Positions 11,431 to 25,200 are shown, numbered from the whole stretch's first letter. The stretch: 54,906 nt of DNA, filler included, from Sphacelaria rigidula (GCA_964200075.2; 5 parts of 5 records of this genome joined end to end with filler, not necessarily neighbours in it); one strand, 5' to 3'. Notes: generated by a model not told the origin, from the sequence alone. Numbers and translations are program-made.

Positions 11431-13132
11431 CAGTTGATTTTAGTTGGAAAAAATGGAAACGCTGCACAGCAGTGGTGTGAACTCGTACCTGTGCAGGACA
11501 GGGAGTAGGCGAGAAAGATCAGGCCGACATATTCCTGGATAAAAGAAAGGGCATGGCTATGCGGTGTGATGTAAAGCAAAGGTATGTGTCATTCGGGGCG
11601 CAAGCATGACACGTGTCATTCGGGGCGCAAGCATGACACGTTCGAGGTTTAGTCTTTACTGCTGAGTTCGTGGGGTGCTCACATGTTCATGCGTCAGCTC
11701 GATCTCAGCCAACGGTCTAACTGTAATTCTTACACGATGCTGACAACTACCCGGGCCACCAAACAACTACTTGTTCAAAATCGTGTGCAACTAGTTGTTT
11801 CCAAACAACTACTGTTCCAAAATCGTGCGAAACTAGTTGTCTCCAAACAGCTAATCTCTCGGAATCCTGCGCAGTTAGTTGTTTGGAAATAACGAGCCGG
11901 TAGTTTGTGGTACAGGGTGTGAACGCGTTTGTGACGAACACATTTTTTGTTGGTCTTCTTTGAGGGTTGGTTAATGTACCGAGCACATATTTCCCCAAGG
12001 GTGCGGAAAATTCACTCTACATCAAAAGGTAATGGACGGGGTTGTATATAGGTACCGATACATTTGATAGTATCGGTCGATATGTGATACTGTTGTATAC
12101 CACACATCAACTTGAACTTCCAAAGCTCAATAGATACTAAGCAGTGAGGATTGTGGCGTATGGGTGATTGGTGTGGGGTTTTGCTGTTTTTTTTTTTACG
12201 GGGGAAGACAGTACCCGGAATCGCGTGTGTTTTCTTTGGCAGTAAGTATCAAATCAGAGAACCTTGCATGACTGCGTGTGGGGTTTTGGGATGGGGTTGT
12301 TTAATTGTTTTTTGGGTTGGTTGGGTTTTTTGGAACAAGAGGAAGACAATATATTAAACATGATAAAAAATGACCGATAATTTGACAGACAATTTCGTGG
12401 TGGTATGCAGAACAGGACGGCATTGAAACCAAGGACAACAAGGGATTTATTGACAGCCCCGTGCTTCGCATCACCGCACAGCACACAGACACCGACGCGT
12501 TCACAGTACAGCTGTACACCACAAGTACGCACGCCTGCAGCTCTCAATAAGCTCTGACTATGAGAAGGATGCACATGTGCGATCCCCCCTGGCGTTGGAT
12601 ATCTGCAAACGAAAGTAGCCATGAGAGTAAGGTAGATATCCTCAAACTAAGGAAGCAACATACTCATCAAAATAAACCAAAAAGCACACGACAACGTAGT
12701 TTTTGACAGATTGTGTACCCTCATACCCGATCGTCAACAAAACCAGTCCCTCTTGTCAACAGCAAGAACCAGTCCTCCACCCCCCTTGCCATTTTTCTCG
12801 TGTTGTCATCTCGACAATGCTAGATAAATAATGTGGTACATTCTTTTGCTTGGTTCACCTGCCCGAACACCACCAATTTTGATAGCGCAATTTGGATCCA
12901 TTCTGATGAGAAATGAAGCGAAAATACCGCACGTTTCTTGCCTGCAGCGACGCCCCTAGCGCCCCCCCCTCGCCAGCCGGGGGGGGTCGATTGGCGCCGG
13001 CACCGCGATTTTTATTTGCTTCGCTCGACCGTTCACTATGCTCGCCGATATATACTATATCGTTTATTTCCACCTATTCACAGCCCCAGCAATTCACCTA
13101 GTTGGACCAAAAACATGGCAGACCCAAATTAC

Positions 13133-13659
13133 CAAGGTGGTGTTTTGTAGGGTACAGTTTTCTGTATTCCCGGGGTATTTTGCCGTACCCGACAGTTCTG
13201 TGACTTCTATAAGACTCTCATACCGGTGCCCGACAGTTCTGTAATCTCTGCAAGACTTTCATAACCTCACCCGATAGTTCCGTAATCTCTGCAAGACTCC
13301 CGTACCGCTACCAGGGGGCACACGTATGTTCTTGATGAGACACCCGGTTGCGGATACGGTTTTCTGTGCGACCTCCATACCCTACCCGACGGTTTCTGTG
13401 AGTTCTATAAGCCTCCCATTACCCTTACCCGACAGTTCTGTGAGTTGTGTGCAAACTGTTTACCCGTACCCGGAGTGCGGGTATGGTCTTGAAGAAACAC
13501 CCGACTGCCGGTACGGTTTTTCTGTAAGCCTCTCGTACTGTACCCGGCAATTTTGTAATTTCTGTGATACTTTCATACCGGTACCCAATATTTCTGTAAG
13601 TTCTGTAAGGAATCTCACATCCTACAGATCAAACCCGTACCCTACCAAACGCAACCTTG
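13133..13659. mobile_element. hAT-type non-autonomous element with internal ~41-bp degenerate tandem repeats
   Basis: Perfect 8-bp TSD CAAATTAC (13125-13132, 13660-13667). TIR CAAGGTGGTGTTTTGTAGGGTAC / GTACCCTACCAAACGCAACCTTG. Internal TACCCGACAGTTCTGT repeats. Confidence 0.88.
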
Positions 13660-14409
13660 CAAATTACCGCTCTGGAATATGACACCAAACGCGCTATAGG
13701 GTTGCACTGGATAGGTGTCCTCCTACCCCCCTCCACCTCAACATGCTAGTACCTTCAGTAGTACTAACCCATCCCCTCCTCGAAGGATTTAAACTGGAGC
13801 CTGTCTGTATGACTCATGTGTATAGGTGTACACAAATGTAGAAAGAGTCGACATGTAGCCCATCTTTCATATCTGCTCCATGTACAGTATATATAGCAGT
13901 AAAGTACATTATTGTTTCTTTGGAACATGATCAAATATATGCTACGATATCATTACCGGGCCTGCGGGGTGTAACCGCGGATTTCGTAACCGACCGTTCA
14001 TTACCGGTCACCGATAATCCACACCCCTGGACTTTTCTGTCTCGATACAACGGGCTAAAATAGGATAAATCAGGCGCGCCGTTCGAGATTTTTCGATTAA
14101 TATCAACATATCGTCATTTCGTGAAGAACCATGATGAAAACTGGAAACTTCACTTCGAACTTTTTGTCATGGAAGTGGTATGTTCTCTCCTGTAGAGTGA
14201 ATTACTGGAAGTAGAGGAGCTCATTGAAAATGGTTCTCACCCACGTGTAATGAGCACACGCCAACACTCGCCGTATTCTGTACCGTGAACGCTGCACAGC
14301 CGCGCAGACCACCATGTTCCCTCGCATTTTCGCGATTTAGACAATACAAACGAAAAGTGGGCTTCGCTTCACGTTCACACCCTGCATGCGCGTGCACCTC
14401 CTTGCACAG

Positions 14410-17400
14410 ACCCTACAGCGGATGGCGGCGAACCGGCAGCATTGCTGGCGGCAACGGTGTTAGTTACTCCGGTACAGCTGGCGTTAACGCACGCAGAAGA
14501 ACTCACCGTAGCAGCGGCGGCAGCAGCAATTTGGAGCAAGTTTTGCGAAGCATCCGAGGTGGGCATCTCGATGACATGGGTGTGTACGACTCGAAGCCTA
14601 GCTTGCTTGTAGAGGACGAAGGACAAAATGCAGCGCCACCACCAACAGATGTTCACCACACGGTAGTAGCAAGTGATGGTGGCAGCACTGGTGCTTCTGC
14701 TGCGGCTCGGAGAGCGGCGTATGTGGGAAGCATGATGAGGGAGGACAATTCGACCGCCGCCGCCTTGGCGGTGACGTTGCGCGGCGGCGGGCGGGCGCGA
14801 GACAGCGCTAAGAAAGGAGGAGCAAAGGTCGGCCAGAAAACTGCCAAGACTTTGAAGGGAGGAGGTTCGGGCATTAGTTTTAGGTGTGTGCGCGAAAAAA
14901 CAAGAGAGATGAGAGGCGGGGAAGGGGGTGAAGGGGGGAAGGGAAAAAAATAATGTCAGCAGCGAGGTTCTGGGGGTGCACTCCTTGAGTGCGATACCGG
15001 TAGACAGCGCAGAGCCATACGCAATATTTGCGTCTACATTGTTGATCGTCAATATGTGTGGTGAACCTCATCTAGCGCCCTTAAAGTCATCAGCCATCAC
15101 CGCCGACCTTCACCCACCGTCCACGTCCGAGGGCGCGTGAGGGGAGGGGTTGTACTCATGATGTTGCATGCCATAGTCATATGACCGTTGACTTCGCATC
15201 CCTACAAAGCCGGGACAGGGGACGCCGGGTTTCCGCCGGACCAGTCTCGCTATCGATCACGAAGCGCGAAGCGCCGTGATGCGTATGGCGGGTCGCATGA
15301 AGGATGAGCTGCATCCTGCTAAGATTGTTCGGCCCGAAGCCTGCTGATTATCTTGCATTTGGGTGATAGCCTCCAATGAGTTGCTTCATTTTCTGGTATC
15401 CCCACCTCCAGAGACAGCCACGGTTTACACACTGCTTCATGGGTGTCTCACCATCCAAACATTAGGTAGTACGATCGTTCCCTTTGCGCGGAGTAGAGGT
15501 TCTCCCACCCCGCACAATATGATCTAGCTCGACCACCATCATGGTTACCGCGAAAAAAACGTAAGCGCGCGAAAACAAAACGGTAGCCTGGTTGCCTAGC
15601 TTATGCGATGAGTAGCGTATTTTACAGTGTCATCGCAATCCGACGCCAACCCCATGGGGGGTCCGTCTCTCCAAAGCCGGGACGAAACACGCCGGCTTTT
15701 CGCCGGACCAGGCTGATGGGGGCGGCGGGGAGGGGGGAGGAGGGCACAGGACGAAATAATCTTGTCCACCTTGCACTAGTTGTCAGCTCTCATGGCAGGT
15801 TTGTGACCGAGAATCTTGCTCATGACAATCCCAGCAGATAAGAGGCCGTTTTTGAATAACACCGCCCCAAACTCTGTCGCCGGGGTAAATAATTGTAAAC
15901 GCAGATTGCTGTAAAACGCCACACACGATTTCCAAAATGACAGGTGGCCCATGTTCTCAGCGTTCCTGTACGTCCTGGCTATGGCATTGACTATTCCGGG
16001 ACTACCCAGAGTCGTGAACGAGATGATCACCGGCTCCAAGGCGGTACGTTTCTTCACCGGGAGTGCAATATCTCTCTGGACATGATTATTTCATTCTTGA
16101 CCGAACGTGTTTTGCAGCAGTCTACGGTACTTCCGTGTTGTTGCTGATCCGCGCCGATCCAACTGGACGCCTTGTACATTGCGCCTTTTTTTTTTTTCTG
16201 TGGTACAGCGCGGCCCGCCTCTGCAACAATATATATCTACGAGTACCGCAGGAGTTCTCTTCTTCTCCCGGTCAAATTTGAATGCCAACTTCGAGTGCGG
16301 GCTTTGGCCGGAAGAGAACTGTACACCCTCGTGCGTATTCCATCTTTGGACGGTACTAAAATTATGGAATCGCCTGCGCAATTGTTTGTTGAGAACAAAC
16401 TCACCGCCGCGACCCGGGGGTGTAACCGATGCATCTTACAGCCAGCCAGCTTGGATGACGTAGGAGGTTCCATTCCCACCAGATACAATTCTATGCGGTT
16501 TTCCCCCTCAGGAGTAGCTGATTTCTATCGTGTAAAGCCTGAGGACGTGAGTGGTGAGGAAGATTTGACGAAAAAATGGACCCGGTGCCGGAGTTCTGAT
16601 CCTGTCCGCGATACCCTAGTGTTGGGCGTGTACCAGCCGAGACATGCGTTGATCCCTTGAGGCTACGGGCTCGTCCCGAGGAAGAGGAAGAGGAAGGCCC
16701 TAGGGTGTGTCGGGAAATGCACACGTACGTACGTGGACGCACATATGCGCCAAAGACTGTGCAGGTCGGATCGCCTGAGGTATATCACCTGTTTCCCCCC
16801 CCCCCACACACACTTTGAACCCCTCCAATTCCTCGGGATGAGTCCGTGGTCTCAGGGGATCAACCCATTTCTCCCCTGGTACGTGCCTTTCATTTTGGTC
16901 TCGCAGATTGGGTTAGCACTCCCGCACCGCGTCAACTCACGTGAGACAAACCCAGTCGACTACTTTGTTCACTCACGTTCTCACGCTTCCCACGGTGGAA
17001 ATCATACATTACGAAGGAAAAACTCAACGAATCGCGAATTGCAGCCCCGTTCTCTCCACCCTAATGGCGACAGTCGGACCATGTCACCACCGGGGCGCGG
17101 CATATGTGTTGCCTTGAAAACAAGATTTCCACTAGTGAGGGACCACTGCATATGTGTGATGGCGTTCCGCAATGGTCAACACGTCAAGCTGGATGTAACG
17201 TTGCATCATACTTCAATATATGTTTTGCGCATGACCAGTCTCTTGCTCGCCACAGCTGTGCACATATCCGAAATGCCCGTGCTAGGCATATCTGACAGCA
17301 TAGGGGCTTCTGCCCCCTCCCCCCTCCCTGCGGACCCCCCCCCTGCGGACACTTTATCCACTCGAACCTCAAATCTTTATATTTTAGGATCAACGTTGAC

Positions 17401-20400
17401 ACATGTGACAAGCTGTCTCTACAGATGCTACCCTGTTGAAGTGGGATGTTACCATCATTGTAGAGGACTGATTGCCTTTTTCACTTGGTTAGCACCTATG
17501 CGTTTTTGGGCTGAAAAAAAACACACCACGACCCGGCGATTATGGCACATATGTTAAATTGTTGTCAACGCTTTAAGGAGGCATGTCCAAAGACACTGCT
17601 CTTGACGCTCGAAGAACACCATGCGACTGCGCTATTTTAGCAACACATGTTGGCGTTCCTTTGTCCAAGGTCAACAACTGCATTTCGTTTTCCTTCAGGC
17701 CTTCGCTCATGATTGACTTTCCCCCCCCCCCGTGGAGTTCCATACATTTACATACGTTCACTGTAGATGAAAAGCTGTGCACCTCTAAGATTCTATCATA
17801 TTTTTCTGTCTATTCCTTACGCCATCCCCACTCGCCTGCACCCTGCACCCTCTCCAGACCCCCCTCCCTCTTAAGACTGTTAGACAAGCGCTACATACAA
17901 GATTGGTGCGGCTGATCAGCGCTCAAATCGGTCCTGTTAGGGAGAGGTTGGTGAAGCCACAGTGGTGTTTGCCTGCGAGAAAATAAAGGTTCTGCGCAGA
18001 TCCCCCGAACCCCCGAGCTGGCTCTAGGCGTGGCGATACCAAAACAGATGACAATTCATCATAGACTGATATTCATATGCAAGACAAATAGTATACTTCG
18101 AGATGAACAATCTTAGCAGGATGCAGCTCACCCTTCATGCGACTTGTCGAATACACCACGGCGCTTCGCGCTTGGTGACTGCGACCCTGGTCCGGCGAAC
18201 ACCCGGCGTGCTCCATCTTGGCATTGCAGGGATGCAAGGTCAGTGATCGTACGACTCTGACATGCATGATCATGAGTACATCCTTAAACCTCACGCCCAT
18301 CCCCGTTCCCCTTCCCCACCTTGCCAAAACGCCTGCCTGAATATGATGCGGTATCTCAGGTGACAGCTAAGTCTGCCACGGTTTACGGTCTTCTCGCTTC
18401 CACGGATGCTTTTTTCACCCTTCTTACGGTGAACTTTCACGCCAGCATGAGCGACAAGTACGGGCGCCGGCCATTCATGGCGCTGAGCGCTCTGGGGCTG
18501 GGCGTCGGGTTTACGATTACATACTTCAGTCGAAAGGTGGGGATGGCGGGGTGGGGAGGGTGTACTCATGATTTTGCATGCCATAGTCATGAGATCACTG
18601 ACCTCGCATTCCTACACAGCCGGGACGGAGCACGCCGATTTTCGCCGGACCAAGCTCGCAGTCAATCACCAAGCGCGAAGCGCCGTCGTGTGCTCGGCGA
18701 GTCGCATGAAGAGTGAACTTCATCCTGCTAAGATTATTCGGCACGAAGAGTACTGATTATTTTGCATTTAGATGGCAGCGTACAATGAGTTGCTTCACTT
18801 TCTGCTATCGCCACCTTCAACGACGGCCACTGCTCTTTGATCAGTGTGAGTGAGTTTGTTATTTCCATTTCTTCAAGAATAAGGTCGTACCCGAGTTTTC
18901 ATCATGTTTTTTATTTTATTTTTAATTTTGCGAAGTTTTTTGTTCGAAAGCGACCAGGGCTCGTGTTTTATTGCAGTAGGCGATGCATCCATCGGTAGCA
19001 GGGGGGGGAAGAGGCGGGGGGGGGGCGTGTCCACCCGTATAGAAAATAAAATGATCGAAAACTGTGGTTGATCGGTATTTCCTGCAGGCACAAGGGTTAC
19101 GTACAGTTTCTTGTAATCATATTGCGCAGCATCAAGCGCACACGAGTCGCCAAATTCGTCCTTATTTCCTTTGGATGGCGTTTGCGTGTAGTTTTTCTCT
19201 TTTTTCTTTCGCGGGGTTGGGGGGGGGGGGGGGGGGGGGGGGTATGGGTAATATGAATATTTTGGTTGGGGGGGGGGGGGGGTTGGGGTGGCTGGGGGTG
19301 GGGGGGGGGGGGGTGGGNNNNNNNNNNCCTTGGTCGTTTTTTTTTTTTTGTTGTTTTGGGGGGGGTGGTTGGGGTTTTTTTTTTGTTTTGTTGGGGGGGG
19401 TGGGGGGGGGGGGGGGGGGGGGGGGGGGGTATTCCTCAAGTGTACAATCATCGTTCAACGATCGAGTTGGTACCTGGGCTCCAGCTTCGGTTCACGGCGG
19501 CATGTTTGGGGTTCGTTCTCCGACAGCATTATTTTCTTGTTTTTGTACGTTTCAATGGTTGGAAAACATGACGACGATTCGTAGTATTTCGACGAATGCG
19601 GACGGGCTGCAGGAATGAGAGGTGAATATGTTGATGTTGTTCTCTCTCGATACAGCTGTTTGGGCGCTTTTGTGTACAAAAATAGATGGTGCACATTTTC
19701 AGTTGTCATATCACTATGGGCAAAAGCTTGTAAGGTATACCTGTTTCGTGGGCGCGGACATTTCAATTTGTTATACCCGCGCTATTACGTTCTTGGCCTG
19801 TGGTGTTGTACAGTGTTGTGTGGTTCCTTTCATGATACGGAGATTTCCTTTATTCGTTTTGGCGGCGCACGTACGGGTTGCTCTGGTTCCAAGCTGGAAA
19901 AGCGCTGCAGATACGTACATTGTACAAGCTCATGCGACCGTACAGACAGTGTATATGTCTTGCCCTGTGTCTTGCGTGGTCTCCTCGCGTGAAGCCGCAT
20001 GCGGCAGGGAACTGTCGCGGTCTTTTCTTAAGGACCCGAACTGCGGTGTATCAAATCTTAGACTGGTCTGTTTGTGTTCGTTTTTTTTCTTCTCTTTTTT
20101 CTTCTCTTTTTTCTTCTTCTCTTTCTCCGATTTTGCTCTCTGTTGGATATTTCCTTTCTCTTCCATCGTCCCCCTTGTATCGAGGTTCTTATAACGAGTG
20201 TTGAGCTTTTCTCGCGAGTGCGTGCGTCTTGTGACCGTGGCTGTGTTCGTTGCGGGTTGGTGAATGTGTCGCAATCAATCAAGCAATCAATCACGTGCTG
20301 CAACCCCCCCCCCCCTTCCCCCCCGGGGGAGTTTTGTCGTTTCGTTGACAGGTGTGGATGTTGCTCGTAGCTGCCGCAATTGACGGATGCACGAGCTGCA

Positions 20401-20407
20401 TGTACAG
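14410..20407 (+). CDS. MFS transporter (TetA/HIAT1-like DHA1 type), 5' part; exons ~14410-14883, 15944-16043, 18360-18536, 20352-20407
   Basis: GT-AG exons join in phase to give ...ISFRWPMFSAFLYVLAMALTIPGLP...ASMSDKYGRRPFMALSALGLG...VWMLLVAAAIDGCTSCMY, with MFS motif A (SDKYGRRP) after TM2. The start of the first exon is uncertain, and the gene runs off the contig. Confidence 0.85.
15141..15450 (-). mobile_element. 5'-truncated 3' end of non-LTR family B
   Basis: Dispersed ~300-bp repeat ending ...CATGAGTAC plus a C-tract. Other copies: 18073-18280 (+), 18553-18830 (-), 22006-22152 (+), 53277-53585 (+), with fragments at ~10800 and ~15670. Confidence 0.75.
16793..17101 (-). mobile_element. 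tRNA-derived SINE, family 2 (in an MFS intron)
   Basis: Minus-strand head GCCGCGCCCCGGTGGTGACATGG, colinear with 30060-30366. Fragments lie at 22620-22760 (+) and 33045-33138 (-). Confidence 0.78.
18553..18830 (-). mobile_element. Non-LTR family B 3' fragment immediately downstream of the MFS exon 3 donor
   Basis: Aligns with 15141-15450. An oppositely oriented copy lies at 18073-18280. Confidence 0.75.
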
Positions 20408-20967
20408 GTGAGGGAAGAACAACGATGAGTGAATCGTCGACTTCACACCCCTCGACTGCTAAGGTGTTCGGATATTATGATGCGGGAGTATTCGTGTATT
20501 GTAAAAGAAGAAAACACTAGAGGATACGCTTGCACTCAGCATACATTGGCATACATTGGCATACATTTGACTGAAGAAAAAGACAACCTGCCAGTCCCAG
20601 GGTTTACGTTCATCCAACCCCGATTCTGTGCCAACTTGTTTTGGCATGTTTGTAGGTGTGAGCAGTTCAACTGCGTCATTTTCGTGAGCTCCTTGGAAAC
20701 CAACTATCGTTTGACCCTTGGAGCGCCAACGAAGCGTTGTCTGATGGATCGGCATCAGTTATCACTTAGGAATCACTCTTGAAGACCCAGATGGCCCACC
20801 CCGGTAATCGGGAATAGTGAACCCCTTCGAGCGCGAGACCCCTTTCCGGAACAATATCGTCGGCTAACCCCCGGAGCCGAGAACTCCGTTGATTTCCTGA
20901 ATCGGCATCAATTGTCACTTAGAGAATGAATGTATGACCCACATGGCCGACCCTGACGGTCGAAGGG

Positions 20968-21089
20968 TTAACTTTAGCGTTAGCGATAACGTAGTCTTAT
21001 ACTTAGTGTTAGACTTTGTCTTAGACTCAGTATTAGACTTGGACTTAGCGTTAGTTAGCGTTAGCGTTAGCGTTAGCGTTAGCGTTAGC
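20968..21089. repeat. Telomere-variant hexamer array (TTAGCG)n
   Basis: Perfect TTAGCG units at ~21045-21089, preceded by degenerate TTAGAC/TTAGTG units. Confidence 0.9.
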
Positions 21090-21690
21090 ATTTGACCATC
21101 GCTTGGTACCGTTGGGCCTCAACCTCACGAACGACCAAAAACGCGTTATGCTCGCTGATCATGAGTGCAGAGAATGACACACATGACCAAAATCAACCAC
21201 GCACGGCCAAGAATCTCACGAAGAGTACAATACTCCCCACGCATAGAGTACCCCACGGGTCACCGTCAGTACTACACCAGCATGGCACTGTCGTTGTAGA
21301 GCACAAAACAGCGCAGCACCACACAAATACAGTAGAGGTATAGTCTTACATCATATCATGATCTTCTGTATCTGTTCCTATATCTAACCCTGTCACCGAT
21401 AGACGTGACTCTCAGCTCGAAGTCAGAGTAGCAACGACGTGTCTTGAGGGTTGATCGCAAACCGTCGGCACACATGCGTTGGTGTACAACAGCCCATTAG
21501 GGTATATATGCAGAGGAATGTGCCAGCCCTTGTGCACACGAGTTTGTGTGCAGTAGTTGCTGGGGGGCCCGTGTCCCCGATGACGCCGCTGCCAGCCTTG
21601 GATGGAGGGGGTATGTAGGAGCGGCGGATTCAGCCGTTGCGTGTTGCAGTCTTCGCGTACTCGCCGAAGACAACGAAGGCGTTCTCACAC

Positions 21691-21905
21691 TGTGTGTGTT
21701 GTCGTCCCATCTATTCTGGATGCCGGCCTACACCTTTCGGTATATGTGGGCGCATCAGCCGGGGTCACACAGGAGGAAGGGCAGCACAGGAGTTTTTTTT
21801 TTTTTTTTTGTAGATCACCTTCCTTCTGCGGTGCTTGGCTTTCTTTTTTATCGCGAGAGGGGTTCAGCAGTCCCTTTCCATCGTCGACCGTGAAGTCGAA
21901 TTTTG
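21691..21905 (-). mobile_element. SINE family 1, truncated by the contig end
   Basis: Aligns with the 3650-3866 part of the copy at 3622-4000. Confidence 0.8.
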
Positions 21906-22290
21906 NNNNNNNNNNNNNNNNNNNNNNNNNNNNNNNNNNNNNNNNNNNNTTAATTAATTAANNNNNNNNNNNNNNNNNNNNNNNNNNNNNNNNNNNNNNN
22001 NNNNNGCCGAACACACCACGGCGCTTCGCCCTTGGTGATTGAGTGCGAGCCCGGTCCGGCGAAAACCCGGCGCGCTCCGCCCCGGCTTTGTAGGGATAGG
22101 AGGTCAATGGTCTCATGACGATGGAATGTATGATCAAGAGTACACCCCCCCCGCGCGCGCCGCCGTCCTTCGCGGCACAGAGCAGTACATCGATCCTAGT
22201 TCACCTTTTGTTACCCCTCTACTTGAAAGATTTCCCCCCCCGTATGATCCACCCCATATCAGGTTCTTGCTGATGCCGGCGATCTTCTAG

Positions 22291-25200
22291 GAGCCCAAGA
22301 CACGGCTGAGGCCCTGATAGAGCTTCCCACACACTCGCCGCCGTCCGCCGTGCTTACAACTATTAGTAGTACTAGTGGTGGTCCGAGTACGATGGTGTCC
22401 TCTGATCTCGATCTAGAGGCTGCAAGAATAGTAACTTCGAAGGATGACTGCTCCGAAAAGAGTCTTACTCTGTTCTCCAGGATTGCTGCAAGGTGAGAGC
22501 AAAGATTCGGGGTGCGTTAAACGCGCTGACAATGGTTCGAAAGAGGATACGCGAAAATTACTGCATGTACAGCGTACGGTATTTTTCGTCTATTTATAGC
22601 ATTTTTGACCGTGACAATGCCGCGCTTCGGTGGTCCAATCGTCCGGCTATCACCATTAGGGTGTAGAGAACGTAGGCTCAAGTCCCGATACGTTGGGATT
22701 CTTTTTCGATTTGATTTCCGCCGTCGAAAGCACGAGTACGTGAGAAACAAGAGGTATTTGAGAAAAGGCATCGTTCAAAGTGTGACAATAAAGAGACGAA
22801 ACAGCTTTTTTCTAGTCGGAGTGACGAGTATACGTTTTCAAAGTCGGCCGACCATTGTTATTTTTGCCTTGCGTTTGGGAAAACGCCTGGCATGCGCGCA
22901 GGAGTGTCGACGTTGGGTACCTTGGATACTCGCGGACATTTTCTCCTGCTTCCGTCGCCTTCAGTTTGAGCTACGCGGCAGCACTTGCACCTCAACAAAT
23001 ATAAATACGTCATATTCATGGTGAAATCAATGTAGCTATCCGTATTTTGCTCTGCTGCCATAACACTCAAATGGTTCCTGCCTGAGTGTGCAGACAAAAG
23101 ATATTGGGGAAATTGCGCCCGTCGTACAGGAATCGTTTCATTCTCAACATACGATTGGCTGAGTCCAGGGAATGGCGTTAGACGTTTGAATCATATTCCC
23201 GTAAACACGTGAATGATCGAAGGAATCCGGCCGGATCTAAGGCCTTTGCGGCACGCATTAGTCTCCTCGATGGACTCTCCAAGGCTATTCGCCTCAGGAG
23301 CGAAGGGTGCGGGGCAGGTGAGCGACCTTGCTGCGGGGAAAACATTTCGACACGTTGAAAGGAGAACAGTTTATTAGTCTCTTCATTTTTTCCGCCTCAG
23401 GCCACGAGAATCTTGGCGTGCAGATATGAGCTCCCTTCGAGATAGGGCTGACGAAGCTGTTTTTTGCAAGCGCGGCGGAATTGCCCGGGTTTGTCGAGGC
23501 TTTCTTCTTGTTTTTCCGTTGCTCGGGGCTGTCGGCGCTCCATACGTGAGAACGGAGCACCGGCATATCGATATTAACGCCAAATGATGACGTTGTTCGC
23601 AGAGGAGCGATTTCTCTTCATTGACAACGTCGCTCGGCGCTCACGCCCAATCAGAGAGCAGCTGAGGCCAATGAAGAAGTGCCAGCACTAATTTAAGTAC
23701 GCACGAGTGTCCAGCTTACTGTGTGTGGACCTCCACCTATATACTTCGTATATTCCACCTATATACTTCGTATATTTACTATATGTATATATACATATCT
23801 CGCTCGGTGAAGCATAAGCCCCAGATAAACTGCCTGGGTGGTTTTGCTCGCATGTACACCACTGCGTGAGTATCGACTAGGACGGAGTTCCAACACTAGC
23901 GGCAGCAACGGTGATGTCATGGGATTGACCACCGGGATCCCTGGCGACGCATTGATTCGAGAATGTGAAGGTATCACCAAGCCGGGGGTTGAGGTCGAAA
24001 GGGCCGCTGCAACCGCAAAGCAGGTCTCGGATGAGCTCATTGCAGATATGTGCAAGGGTGAATCGTGGGCAACGAGATCTTTACAGGTACACTCTCGGAT
24101 ATACATGAACTCAGTAGCTTGCCGTCTGTTTCCAGTACACATATTCTCGTGGCTCGCTCGCGCAAAGTAGTTTTTTTCGCCTGAATAAAGTCACCCGAGT
24201 TTAACATGGAGCAACGGACGACAGTAAGCCGCACAGTAGTCGTGTGTGACTGCAAAAAAAATCCCGAAGGTCCACTGCAAGCCCGATTTTACTCCAACAG
24301 ATTAGCTGCGTTGATATTATACGCGGAGATTGAATGCTTTGTAGTTGCCACCCCGAACACGGTCGGTGTCGCTGCCAGGGCCTCATCTTTCGTATACGAT
24401 GTTCAACACCCAACGAAAAGCTACGGTATATTCCGGGCGTTCGAAGCTTCGAAGTTCAATCAAACATCGCATCCAGAGCCTTCCGTGCTGCAGCTGAAAC
24501 TCTCTCTCTCTCTGCCAGTTGAAGCTCATATATAGCAGACATAAGGGAGGATCATCATTCTCGTGGTCGCTTGTTTGCGAACATCAACCTGCCTTATCTG
24601 ACGAGGGGGGTGACGAAGGAATATGCATCTCATCGCATTTGATCTGGTGGCAGCGTACTTATAGCTGTTAGGCAACACTACCTTGGTCGGTCACGGGCCC
24701 AAGGTTTACATAGGACTGACGTGAAGTGCGCGCCTTGATTCATGGGCACCTTTTCCGTCCTAGCGCCACACCTCGGTTATCACGGATCATCGCAAACGAC
24801 AGGTCGAAGCAACGCTACAAGTTGTGGTGCCTCTTGCCGAGTTTTTCCGAGATCGCGAGGAGTGGGACGCTTGCGCTTCGTGGTGCGAACGCGCAATCCT
24901 TCTTGCCGAAAACGGTTGTAAATCTGGTATATCTGACACGACCGCGACTTGTACGGGCAGCATTGTACAAAACCGTGGAGATCATCCGGAGAAACGAGGC
25001 GGAGAACCACCTCCGCTGCTTTCCAGTCTGTTGACTCTGAAAGGTGATGCGCGCTGCTGCTTTTAGTAGCTGAGGAACACCTACACATGCGATAAAAAGT
25101 GTATTTTCTAGTACCTTTTTGTACAGTTCGGTACTCTCTTCAATCGAGATTTATGTTCCTGTACGTGATACGGAAGAGACGAACGAACTTCAGCGTGTGG

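Noticed and set aside
18873..19618. Poly-Pro / poly-Gly ORFs
   Set aside because: They arise from low-quality G homopolymers around a 10-N gap (19318-19327) inside an MFS intron.
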